32,000 bases of DNA. Origin: an uncultured Clostridia bacterium (GTDB taxonomy: Bacteria; Bacillota; Clostridia; TANB77; CAG-508). The position numbers and the translations under genes are program-made. Where the stretch lies: NCBI GenBank assembly GCA_944387425.1, contig CALXEV010000005.1, positions 30,208 to 62,207 on the forward strand, given 5' to 3'. This document shows positions 19,317-27,880 of this stretch, in pieces. Each line of letters opens with the position of its first letter. The stretch's first letter is position 1. The notes beneath the pieces were generated by a model, which ran no database searches, was not told where the DNA came from, and saw only the letters and a list, made by a program, of their open reading frames with translations.

Positions 19317-21080
19317 ATAGAAAATAAAATATATTTAAAAGAAGGAAATTTTAATTCAAAAGATTTTATATCACCAACATATATTAATTTAAATAATCCA
19401 AAATTTTTAGAAATAGATGATTATTTTTTTTCCGGAATAATTATTGTAAATTATTATAGAGAATACAATGAATTAATTTTAAAAAATTTAGTTGAAACAA
19501 ATATAAATATGAATATTTCAATTTTTTATGAAAAAGCTGATACAAATAAAATAATTAAAGAACTTACATATAATATTGGAAATGTAGGTGCAGAAATAAA
19601 AAGTTCTGGAGAAAATAAGCAAGATATTGATATTGCTACATTTGCATATAGTGACGCGAAATATATAAGAAAAGAAATTCAAGTTAATAATGAGGAGCTT
19701 TATTTTTTATATATTTATTTGGAATTATTTTCAAAAGAACAAAAAGAATTGCAATATAATTTAGACAAAGTAGAAGGGATTTTACAAAGCAAAGGTTTAC
19801 AAACTAAAAGAGCATATTTTAGGCAGGAACAATTATTTAAATCATGTTTACCTTTATTAGAAAATAGTGAAACTTTAAAAACCGTAGGAAAAAGAAACAT
19901 TTTAACAAATGGATTAATAAGCACATATCCATTTATTTCATCTTCAATATTTGAAGATAAAGGAATTTATATAGGAACAAATATGTATAATAATTCATTA
20001 ATTTTAATAGATAGATATAATACAAATAAATATAAAAATGCAAATATGTGTATTTTTGGAACGAGTGGAGCAGGAAAGTCTTTTTATACAAAATTATTAA
20101 TATTAAGAAATTCATTATTAGGAATTGAACAATATGTAATAGATCCAGAAAGAGAATATAATAAATTAGCAAAAAATATAGGAGGTACAATAATAAAATT
20201 AGGACCTACTTCAGAAAATTATATAAATATTTTTGATATTAGAAAAGAAAGTATTGAAGAAAATGAACATGGATATCTAGCAACAAAAATAGGAAAATTA
20301 ATTGGATTTTTTAATTTAATTTTTGGAGAATTAAATGAAGAAGAAAAAGCAATATTAGAAGAAAAAATAATTGAAGTATATAAAATAAAAAATATTAATT
20401 TTAATGATAAAACATTATATAAAAATAAAAAATTTAAAACAACAAAAGATATGCCAATATTAGAAGATTTTTATAATATATTAAATGATGAAAAAACGAA
20501 AAAATTTAAAATAAAACTATTGCCATTTATAAAAGGTTCTTTTAAATTTTTTAATAATTATACAAATATAGAATTAAATAAAAAATTAATAATTGCTGAT
20601 GTATATGAACTTGGAGAAGAAAATATGAAATATGGTATGTACTTATTTACAGAATTATTTTGGGACAAAATTAAAATAAATAGAAAAATAAAAAAAGCAA
20701 TCTATTTAGATGAAATTTGGAGATTAATAGGTGTCACGTCAAATAAAGATGTAGCAAAATTTATTTATAAAATATTTAAAACTATTAGAAAATATGGAGG
20801 AAGTAGTGTAGCAATAACACAAGATATATCAGATTTATTCAGTTTGGAAAATGGTACTTATGGAAAAAGTATTTTAAATAATTCAAGTATAAAAACATTT
20901 TTTTCATTAGAAGAAGAAAATATTAAATTATTATCTCAATATTCTAATTTATCAGAAAAAGAAAAAATAGAAATTAAATCATTAAGGAGGGGAGAATGTT
21001 TAACATTTGTTGGAGATGAACATATTTTAATAAAAATTGAAGCAAATGAATTTGAAAAACAATTAATAGATGGACAATAG
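19317..21080 (+). CDS. VirB4-family T4SS ATPase (central and C-terminal ATPase part; apparent ATA start)
   Basis: It has the Walker A motif FGTSGAGKSFYTKLL, the Walker B-like motif AIYLDEIWRL and AITQDISDL. The track ORF starts at ATG 19509, but the frame is open from 19317. ATA there lies 7 nt after GGAGG (19305-19309), and the 64 extra codons are stop-free in very AT-rich DNA. Confidence 0.7.
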   Translation: MENKIYLKEGNFNSKDFISPTYINLNNPKFLEIDDYFFSGIIIVNYYREYNELILKNLVETNINMNISIFYEKADTNKIIKELTYNIGNVGAEIKSSGENKQDIDIATFAYSDAKYIRKEIQVNNEELYFLYIYLELFSKEQKELQYNLDKVEGILQSKGLQTKRAYFRQEQLFKSCLPLLENSETLKTVGKRNILTNGLISTYPFISSSIFEDKGIYIGTNMYNNSLILIDRYNTNKYKNANMCIFGTSGAGKSFYTKLLILRNSLLGIEQYVIDPEREYNKLAKNIGGTIIKLGPTSENYINIFDIRKESIEENEHGYLATKIGKLIGFFNLIFGELNEEEKAILEEKIIEVYKIKNINFNDKTLYKNKKFKTTKDMPILEDFYNILNDEKTKKFKIKLLPFIKGSFKFFNNYTNIELNKKLIIADVYELGEENMKYGMYLFTELFWDKIKINRKIKKAIYLDEIWRLIGVTSNKDVAKFIYKIFKTIRKYGGSSVAITQDISDLFSLENGTYGKSILNNSSIKTFFSLEEENIKLLSQYSNLSEKEKIEIKSLRRGECLTFVGDEHILIKIEANEFEKQLIDGQ

Positions 21081-21489
21081 AAATAATAAAATAATTTTTT
21101 TATATAATTTAAAAGAATTATATAGTAGTGGAAAAAAGTATAAAAAAGTGGAATTAAATTTAAAAAATTATAAAAATATAAAAATACAAAAAAATAAAAA
21201 TTTATTAATAGTAAATAAAATAAAAAATAATTTATTAATTTTAAAAAAATATTTTAAATTAAGTGATGAAATTATTTTTATTATAGAACCTAATTTTTAT
21301 TCAGTAAAAAAATATTATTTTGTAATTAATAAAATAATAAAATATAATATTAATCCTAAAAAAATAAAAATAATAATAAGAAATAAAAATGAAAAAATTT
21401 ATTATTTAATAATTAAATGTTTTTTTAAAAAATTAAAAATAGAAAAAATAGAAAGGGGTAAATATGGAATTAGAAAACGAAATAAATAA
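21070..21489 (+). CDS. Hypothetical, extremely K/N/I-rich basic protein
   Basis: 139 stop-free codons in roughly A/T-only DNA. The ATG overlaps the virB4-like stop (ATGGACAATAG). No SD is recognisable and I recognise no family. Confidence 0.4.
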   Translation: MDNRNNKIIFLYNLKELYSSGKKYKKVELNLKNYKNIKIQKNKNLLIVNKIKNNLLILKKYFKLSDEIIFIIEPNFYSVKKYYFVINKIIKYNINPKKIKIIIRNKNEKIYYLIIKCFFKKLKIEKIERGKYGIRKRNK

Positions 21490-22168
21490 TGATTTAAAAA
21501 TTGAAGAAAAACAAAATAATTTTTTTGACACAATGTTCGGAAAAGTTGTGGATAATGGAATAGATATTGGATTAAGAGCAATATTACCAGATTTGATTGA
21601 AGAGCAGGTTATAGATATTAAAAATGCACTTTTGAAAAATGGTATTTCAGAAGGAATTCAAACAGCCGTAAAATCTGTTTCAGATTTTGCAAAAAGTGCA
21701 TTAGGTATAGTAACAGGAAAATTTGAAAATATGGAACAAATTGAGATAGCCGTGGGTGATGGTGGACTTGTTGACACAATTTCATCAGCACTAGATAATG
21801 CTACAGACAAGATATATGAAAAAGGATATATAAACCGTACTATAAACAATATAATAAAAAGTGGAAAAGATATTCTATTAGAAAATGTTACACAAAAAAT
21901 AAAAGAAGAAATTGACGAACAAAATAATAGTATAGAAAGCTTAGAAAAATACATGGACAATTGGAAAGAATATTATAATAATAAAAATTTTGAAGGTATG
22001 GAAAAGGAAATAGAAAAAATACAAGAAAAACTAGAAGATATTATACCATTAGAAAATATTATAAAAGAAGCAAGAAATATTGAAACACTTCATGAATTAA
22101 TAAAAAATAAAGGACAAAATTTTGAAATTACACAAACAGAAAGAGAGTTAATAAATAAACTCTCTTAA
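21464..22168 (+). CDS. Hypothetical soluble protein with a coiled-coil C-terminus
   Basis: 234 aa with an AAAGGGG SD, no TM segment and a C-terminal heptad-like EK-rich region. I recognise no family. Confidence 0.55.
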   Translation: MELENEINNDLKIEEKQNNFFDTMFGKVVDNGIDIGLRAILPDLIEEQVIDIKNALLKNGISEGIQTAVKSVSDFAKSALGIVTGKFENMEQIEIAVGDGGLVDTISSALDNATDKIYEKGYINRTINNIIKSGKDILLENVTQKIKEEIDEQNNSIESLEKYMDNWKEYYNNKNFEGMEKEIEKIQEKLEDIIPLENIIKEARNIETLHELIKNKGQNFEITQTERELINKLS

Positions 22169-22515
22169 GATTTGCTATCATTTAATTTTTTACAGAAATC
22201 ATTAGAACATAAAACTATATGATAAATAAAATCTGATGTAGTTTCAGAATTTAATTCTAAAATATTATTAATTTTATTTAAAACATCATTTTTTGAATTT
22301 TTGCCAAAAAGTAAATAATCAGCTGAAACGCCAGTGTATTTTACAACTTTTTTTAAAGTTTTTACACTAAGAGAACGTTCGCCTCTTTCTATTTGGCCCA
22401 AAAATGAATCTGTAATATCTATTTTTTCAGAAAATTCTTCTCTTGTCATATTCATATTTTCTCTTATCTCACGTAATCTTTCTCCAATATTAATATCATC
22501 TTGATTAAGCTGCAT
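22165..22515 (-). CDS. XRE-family helix-turn-helix transcriptional regulator
   Basis: 116 aa with the N-terminal HTH_3 pattern IGERLREIRENMNMTREEFSEKIDITDSFLGQIERGERSLSVKTLKKV. Confidence 0.85.
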   Translation of the reverse strand: MQLNQDDINIGERLREIRENMNMTREEFSEKIDITDSFLGQIERGERSLSVKTLKKVVKYTGVSADYLLFGKNSKNDVLNKINNILELNSETTSDFIYHIVLCSNDFCKKLNDSKS

Positions 22516-22568
22516 TTCATCACCTCAAAATTTTTTTACATTATATAGCAAAAAATGTCAACACATAA

Positions 22569-22594
22569 TATGCAAAAAGCACATTTTTTGCATA
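22569..22594. promoter_or_regulatory. Candidate operator (10-bp perfect inverted repeat) in the XRE / small-ORF divergent intergenic region
   Basis: TATGCAAAAA (22569-22578), a 6-nt spacer, then TTTTTGCATA (22585-22594). Confidence 0.45.
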
Positions 22595-22665
22595 CTCAAC
22601 AAAAAGGTACAATAAATGCATAAAAAAAGTCGAACTGGAAAAAATATCAAGTAAAGGAGGAAAAA

Positions 22666-22863
22666 ATGTTAAGTGATGAAATGCTAAACAAAATATTTAA
22701 TGAAAACTTTGAAAAAATAGAAGAAAATATTCAAGGTGAATATCATCAAAAGATAAAAGAGATAAAAAATGAAGAAGAAAAAGAAAATATAAAATTATCA
22801 ATAATAAGTGAATTATACTATAAACAAGGTTTTAAAGATGGTTTTGAATATGCAAATAAGTAA
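22666..22863 (+). CDS. Small hypothetical protein (65 aa), divergent from the XRE gene
   Basis: It has a strong SD (AAAGGAGG) 7 nt before the ATG. The protein is charged and helical with a C-terminal YYKQGFKDGFEYA. I recognise no family. Confidence 0.55.
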   Translation: MLSDEMLNKIFNENFEKIEENIQGEYHQKIKEIKNEEEKENIKLSIISELYYKQGFKDGFEYANK

Positions 22864-22894
22864 TCTAAAAAATCAAAATAATTCGCTAAAACCC

Positions 22895-22923
22895 TTGCAA
22901 AATAAGGCGTAGTATAATATAAT
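22895..22923 (+). promoter_or_regulatory. Dedicated gyrA promoter
   Basis: TTGCAA (22895-22900), a 17-nt spacer, then TATAAT (22918-22923). An overlapping second TATAAT lies 5 nt upstream. Confidence 0.6.
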
Positions 22924-22958
22924 ACTCATGTAGAAAAACAAGGAAAGAGGTAGAAACA

Positions 22959-25412
22959 ATGGAAGAAAGACAAGATGGAAATATAATCAAAAGAGATATT
23001 GAGCAAGAGATGAGAACAGCCTATATTGATTATGCCATGAGTGTTATTGTATCTAGGGCTTTACCAGATGTAAGAGATGGTTTAAAGCCTGTACATAGAA
23101 GAATTTTATATGCTATGTATGAAGATGGAATTACTTCAGACAAACCATATAGGAAATGTGCCAACACAGTAGGTTCTGTACTAGGAAGATACCATCCACA
23201 TGGTGATAGTTCCGTATATGATGCAATGGTAAGAATGGCACAAGACTTTTCAATGAGATATATGTTAATAGATGGGCATGGAAATTTTGGTTCTATAGAT
23301 GGTGATGGAGCTGCTGCTATGAGGTACACAGAAGCAAGAATGTCAAAAATAGCTGAGCAAATGCTTGTAGATATAGAGAAAAACACAGTAGATTTTATGC
23401 CAAACTATGATGAAAGATTACAAGAACCAACAGTATTACCTGCAAAAATACCAGCATTATTAATAAATGGTTCATCAGGTATTGCCGTAGGAATGGCAAC
23501 AAATATACCACCTCATAATTTAACAGAAGTTATAGATGGAATTATAAAAATAATAGATGATGACAATGTAACAGATGACGAATTAATGCAAATTATAAAA
23601 GGTCCAGATTTTCCTACAGAAGGTATAATTCTTGGAATTGAAGGAATAAAAGAAGCATATAAAACAGGTAAAGGAAAAATCACATTAAGAGCAGAAACAG
23701 AAATTGAAGAAATGAGCGGAAATAAACAAAGAATAATTGTTTCTTCTTTACCATACCAAGTAAATAAAGCAAAATTAATTGAAAACATAGCTAAATTATG
23801 TAGGGAAAAAAGAATTGAAGGCATCTCAGAAATGAGAGATGAATCAGATAGAAAAGATAGAGTTAGAATAGTAATAGAATTAAAAAGAGATGCTAATCCT
23901 CAAGTAGTTTTAAATCAATTATATAAAAACACACAAATGCAAGATACTTTTGGTATTATAATGCTTGCATTAGTAGATGGAGAACCAAAAATACTAACAT
24001 TAAGACAATGCTTAGATTTATATCTAGATCATAGAAAAACAGTAATTTTACGTAGAACACAATTCGATTTAGATAAAGCATTAGCAAGAGCACATATATT
24101 AGAAGGATTAAAAATAGCATTAGATAATATAGATGAAGTAATTGAAATAATCCGTAATTCATATGATGATGCTAAAGAAAGATTAATGGAAAGATTTGGT
24201 CTTACAGATATTCAAGCACAAGCAATACTAGACATGAGATTAAAAACATTATCTGGATTGCAACGTGAAAAAATAGAAGAAGAATATCAACAATTAATGG
24301 CATTAATAGAACATTTAAGAGCTATTTTAGCAAGTGAAAAATTAGTTTTTGATATAATTAAAGAAGAACTTATTGAAATAAGAGACAAATTTGGAGATGA
24401 AAGAAAAACTAAAATTGTTGCTGCAGAAGGCGAAATAGATGTTGAAGATTTAATAAAAGAAGAGCAAGCAGTTATAGCCCTAACTCATTTTGGTTACATA
24501 AAAAGAATGCCAATAGATACATATAAGAGTCAAAAACGTGGAGGAAAGGGAATAACAGGAATTGCAACTAGAGAAGAAGATTTCGTAAAACAAATATTTA
24601 CAGCTTCTACACATGATACAATCTTATTCTTCACAAATAAAGGAAAATTATATAGATTAAGAGGATATGAAGTACCAGAAGCAGGTAGAACAGCAAAAGG
24701 AACTGCAATAGTTAATCTATTAAGTTTAGATGCTGGTGAAAAAGTATCAGCCGTAATACCAATTCAAAATTTTGCTGAAGGAAAATATCTATTAATGGCA
24801 ACTAAAAAAGGATTAATAAAGAAAACAGCATTATTAGAATATAATTCAGCAAGAAAAACAGGTCTTCAAGGAATCACATTAAAAGAAGATGACGAATTAA
24901 TCGGAGTAAGATTAACAGATGGTCAAGATGATGTAGTTCTTGTAACAAAAAACGGAATGTGTATAACATTTGACGAAAAAGAAGTACGCCCAATAGGAAG
25001 AGTTTCACAAGGTGTTATAGGAATTAGATTAGATGAAGATGATGAAGTAATTGGAATGGAATCTATAATTTCTGGAGGAAAGGCAACATTACTTGCAATT
25101 ACAGAAAACGGTTTCGGAAAGAGAACTGAATTAGATGAATATAGAGTTCAACTAAGAGGTGGAAAAGGTGTTATAACATATAAAATAACACAAAAAACAG
25201 GAAAACTTGTTGGAGTAAGAATTGCAACAGATGATGAGGATGTAATGCTTATAACTGATAAAGGAACAATTATAAGATTAAAAGTTAAGGATATAAGTGT
25301 TCTAGGTCGTTCTACACAAGGTGTTACTCTAATGAGAACAACAGATGGAGGAAAAGTAGTAAGTATTGAAACAATTACTTCAGAAATGATGAACGAAGAT
25401 GAAAAAGAATAA
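22959..25412 (+). CDS. gyrA: DNA gyrase subunit A
   Basis: 817 aa with the active-site region [11 protein letters not shown], a QRDR-like [10 protein letters not shown] motif and C-terminal beta-pinwheel repeats. Confidence 0.95.
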   Translation: MEERQDGNIIKRDIEQEMRTAYIDYAMSVIVSRALPDVRDGLKPVHRRILYAMYEDGITSDKPYRKCANTVGSVLGRYHPHGDSSVYDAMVRMAQDFSMRYMLIDGHGNFGSIDGDGAAAMRYTEARMSKIAEQMLVDIEKNTVDFMPNYDERLQEPTVLPAKIPALLINGSSGIAVGMATNIPPHNLTEVIDGIIKIIDDDNVTDDELMQIIKGPDFPTEGIILGIEGIKEAYKTGKGKITLRAETEIEEMSGNKQRIIVSSLPYQVNKAKLIENIAKLCREKRIEGISEMRDESDRKDRVRIVIELKRDANPQVVLNQLYKNTQMQDTFGIIMLALVDGEPKILTLRQCLDLYLDHRKTVILRRTQFDLDKALARAHILEGLKIALDNIDEVIEIIRNSYDDAKERLMERFGLTDIQAQAILDMRLKTLSGLQREKIEEEYQQLMALIEHLRAILASEKLVFDIIKEELIEIRDKFGDERKTKIVAAEGEIDVEDLIKEEQAVIALTHFGYIKRMPIDTYKSQKRGGKGITGIATREEDFVKQIFTASTHDTILFFTNKGKLYRLRGYEVPEAGRTAKGTAIVNLLSLDAGEKVSAVIPIQNFAEGKYLLMATKKGLIKKTALLEYNSARKTGLQGITLKEDDELIGVRLTDGQDDVVLVTKNGMCITFDEKEVRPIGRVSQGVIGIRLDEDDEVIGMESIISGGKATLLAITENGFGKRTELDEYRVQLRGGKGVITYKITQKTGKLVGVRIATDDEDVMLITDKGTIIRLKVKDISVLGRSTQGVTLMRTTDGGKVVSIETITSEMMNEDEKE

Positions 25413-25416
25413 AAAT

Positions 25417-25450
25417 AATCGCTAGAAAAAATCTAGCGATTTTTATTTTT
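25417..25450. terminator. Bidirectional terminator between the convergent gyrA and dnaI-like genes
   Basis: Stem AATCGCTAGA / TCTAGCGATT with loop AAAA. T-runs follow downstream on both strands. Confidence 0.75.
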
Positions 25451-26456
25451 GTTTCAATTTAAATCTCAAATCATCACCAAAAAAGTAATAAATATCATAA
25501 AAACCAACAATACGAGAACCAATTCGTTCCTCATAATTCTTAAAAATATTATTAATATCCAAATTAGTAGAAATAATTGTTTTTGTAGCTTTATTATTCA
25601 AATTAAGTAGTCTAGTATTAAGAATAGTGAAAAGCTCACTCAATTTCATACTATTTAAACACTCTGTTCCAAGATCATCAATAATTAGTAAATCAGCTTC
25701 AAGAACATTCTTATAAAAATCATCTTGACGAGAATTTTTATATTTACTCATTTTATTATCAATAACAGTTTCAAGAAGAACAGGAGCTGTTTGGTATAAA
25801 ACATTTTTTCCTTTTTTAATTAATTCACTAGCTATACAATTAGTCATAAAAGTTTTACCTAAGCCTGTATTTCCCGTAAAAAGTAAATTATGAGAATCAA
25901 GATTATCAAAGTTATTAATAAAATCAATGCATTTTTCTTTAATAAGTAAAATATTAGCTCTTGGAGAAATTTTCATCTTATATTTATCAAAATTTACTTC
26001 GTCAGAGTAAATTAATGGATTAAAAGTATCGAAATTTTCTTGAGCCAAGTTAGAAATATTAGCCTTATTATATGATATATCTAATAACTTTTGTTTAATA
26101 CAAGAACATAGGGTGGAAGCACTTCCAGAGTTATTTATATATCCGGTATCTTTACAAATTTTACATTCATAATATGGCTCTAAATAACTTTCTGGAATGT
26201 TATTATCCTTAAGAATTTGTGCTTTTTCTTTTTTTAGAGTATTCAACTTTTCTGTTAAATCAGATAAAGAGCTATTATTTCCGTTTAAAATATTTTTTGC
26301 AGTATTAATAGCATACGAATTTAAAGTATCTTCAATTTCTTGCAAACGAGGAATTTTTTTGAATAATTCTTGTTTTCGTTCTTCTAAATCTAATTCTGCT
26401 TTACGCTTTTTTTGGTCATATTCTAATAAAAGTTCTGATAAAATTTCACTAGCCAT
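25443..26456 (-). CDS. DnaC/DnaI-family helicase-loader ATPase
   Basis: 337 aa with the Walker A motif FTGNTGLGKTF, the Walker B motif LLIIDDLGTE and an N-terminal Cys cluster (CKICKDTGY...CSC). Its start overlaps the stop of the DnaD-domain gene. Confidence 0.8.
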   Translation of the reverse strand: MASEILSELLLEYDQKKRKAELDLEERKQELFKKIPRLQEIEDTLNSYAINTAKNILNGNNSSLSDLTEKLNTLKKEKAQILKDNNIPESYLEPYYECKICKDTGYINNSGSASTLCSCIKQKLLDISYNKANISNLAQENFDTFNPLIYSDEVNFDKYKMKISPRANILLIKEKCIDFINNFDNLDSHNLLFTGNTGLGKTFMTNCIASELIKKGKNVLYQTAPVLLETVIDNKMSKYKNSRQDDFYKNVLEADLLIIDDLGTECLNSMKLSELFTILNTRLLNLNNKATKTIISTNLDINNIFKNYEERIGSRIVGFYDIYYFFGDDLRFKLKQK

Positions 26457-27510
26457 TAATATCTCCTTCTATATTTGAAATTGAGGAAGCTGCAATATTA
26501 GGTGAATTATTTACGGAATTAGTATATTGTGTGTTTTGAGGAATATTTTCACCAGCATTTGCATACAAGAAAGCTAAATTATCATATTGTCTTTGTTCAA
26601 AAGAAGCTTTTGCTACTTGTTTTTCTATTTTTTTAGTATCTTTCTTTAGTTTTGTTCTTTGTTCAATAAATGCAAGAATTTCATTTGGGGTTTTTAAACC
26701 TCTGTCATGCCAATCAGTAATTATATTATTAAAATATTCAAATGTAGGGTTATTCTTAAAAGTAGTTCTTTTTAAAGCAATTTCAATGATATTTAAATCA
26801 TATCCAAAATCAATAACCCATTTTTCAATATAAGCTTCTTCATATTGAGTAAGAGTTTGTTTGCCTAATTTTTTTGCAATAGTCTTTTTAATTTTAACAA
26901 GTTTTTCTTGTTTTTGATAATATAAATCTAAATCATTCCAAGTTCGTATTTTATTGTTTCCCCAAGCTTCTGCAACAGTTTGTATATATTTCTTATGTAA
27001 TGCAGAACGATTAAAACAATAATCAAATAAAGCAATCATTACTTCTTCATCAAAATTATATTTTGTGAACCATAAATCTATATCATTATACCAAGAAGGT
27101 CCCATAATTCCTTGGAAATAAGTATTATTAATATGATTGATAACTTTTGCACGAGCTTTATTTTTTGCTATATCTGCAACTTTTTCTGGAGAAGCGGTTA
27201 AGTTTGGTTTATATAATTTATTAAGTGTTATTTCTTGTAAATTAGAAACAATATATCCATTTTCTTTTTTTATAATTAACTCATTTGTATCTAAATAAGA
27301 AATAGCATCATTAACTTCTTTTAAAGGCAATGCTAATTTTTTTGATAAATCATTTAATTTGATTTCTTTTCTATATTTAGATAAAAAAAGCATATATAGA
27401 TAAACTTTAACACAATTTCCTGGCATTTGAGATAGATATTCTGCAAAAAATATGTCAGGAACAATAGTTTCAGAGAATAACAAAGGTTGTTCTGGTTGTT
27501 CGAATTTCAT
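26449..27510 (-). CDS. DnaD-domain replication initiation protein (Firmicute DnaB/DnaD-like)
   Basis: It has two DnaD-like repeats (..IQTVAEAWGNNKIRTWNDL.. and ..FNNIITDWHDRGLKTPNEI..). GGAGG (27522-27518) favours ATG 27510 over the track start at 27528. Confidence 0.75.
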   Translation of the reverse strand: MKFEQPEQPLLFSETIVPDIFFAEYLSQMPGNCVKVYLYMLFLSKYRKEIKLNDLSKKLALPLKEVNDAISYLDTNELIIKKENGYIVSNLQEITLNKLYKPNLTASPEKVADIAKNKARAKVINHINNTYFQGIMGPSWYNDIDLWFTKYNFDEEVMIALFDYCFNRSALHKKYIQTVAEAWGNNKIRTWNDLDLYYQKQEKLVKIKKTIAKKLGKQTLTQYEEAYIEKWVIDFGYDLNIIEIALKRTTFKNNPTFEYFNNIITDWHDRGLKTPNEILAFIEQRTKLKKDTKKIEKQVAKASFEQRQYDNLAFLYANAGENIPQNTQYTNSVNNSPNIAASSISNIEGDING

Positions 27511-27536
27511 TTTTAAGCCTCCAATCATTTGGACAA

Positions 27537-27565
27537 ATTATATCATTTTAAGACATAAAATCCAA
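27537..27565 (-). promoter_or_regulatory. Candidate promoter of the dnaD/dnaI-like pair
   Basis: On the minus strand: TTGGAT (27565-27560), a 17-nt spacer, then TATAAT (27542-27537) with a TGn extension. Confidence 0.45.
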
Positions 27566-27584
27566 GTAAAAATCAAAAAATGTT

Positions 27585-27869
27585 TTAATATTTTTTATAT
27601 AAATATAATTTTGGTCTAACCAAATAATTTATAAAATATTTAAATACATATATTAAAGGTTCTCCATTAAAACCTATTATACTAAGAAGTGTAACAGGAA
27701 AACAAAGAGAAATCAATAAAAATATTTTTATATTCCAATCATGTATAAATAGATTAAGAATTAAATAAATACACACATACCAAATAACATTAAAAATAGC
27801 TGTTGAATAATCTATTACACCAAAAAGCTTACTTTTAAAATTATAATTTTGTGGAAAAATAAATTTCAT
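27585..27869 (-). CDS. TcpE/VirB3-like small T4SS membrane protein
   Basis: 94 aa. The N-terminus FPQNYNFKSKLFGVIDY is followed by two TM helices. It is the last gene of the T4SS-like operon. Confidence 0.5.
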   Translation of the reverse strand: MKFIFPQNYNFKSKLFGVIDYSTAIFNVIWYVCIYLILNLFIHDWNIKIFLLISLCFPVTLLSIIGFNGEPLIYVFKYFINYLVRPKLYLYKKY

Positions 27870-27880
27870 GAATCACCATC

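Noticed and set aside
19296-19320. Possibility that the two VirB4 ORFs are joined by a programmed -1/+1 frameshift or are a simple one-base sequencing error.
   Set aside because: The downstream frame has its own stop (TAA 19314-19316) after the upstream ORF's stop (TAA 19300-19302), so the frames never overlap. A GGAGG SD also sits precisely between them. At least two events would be needed to fuse them.
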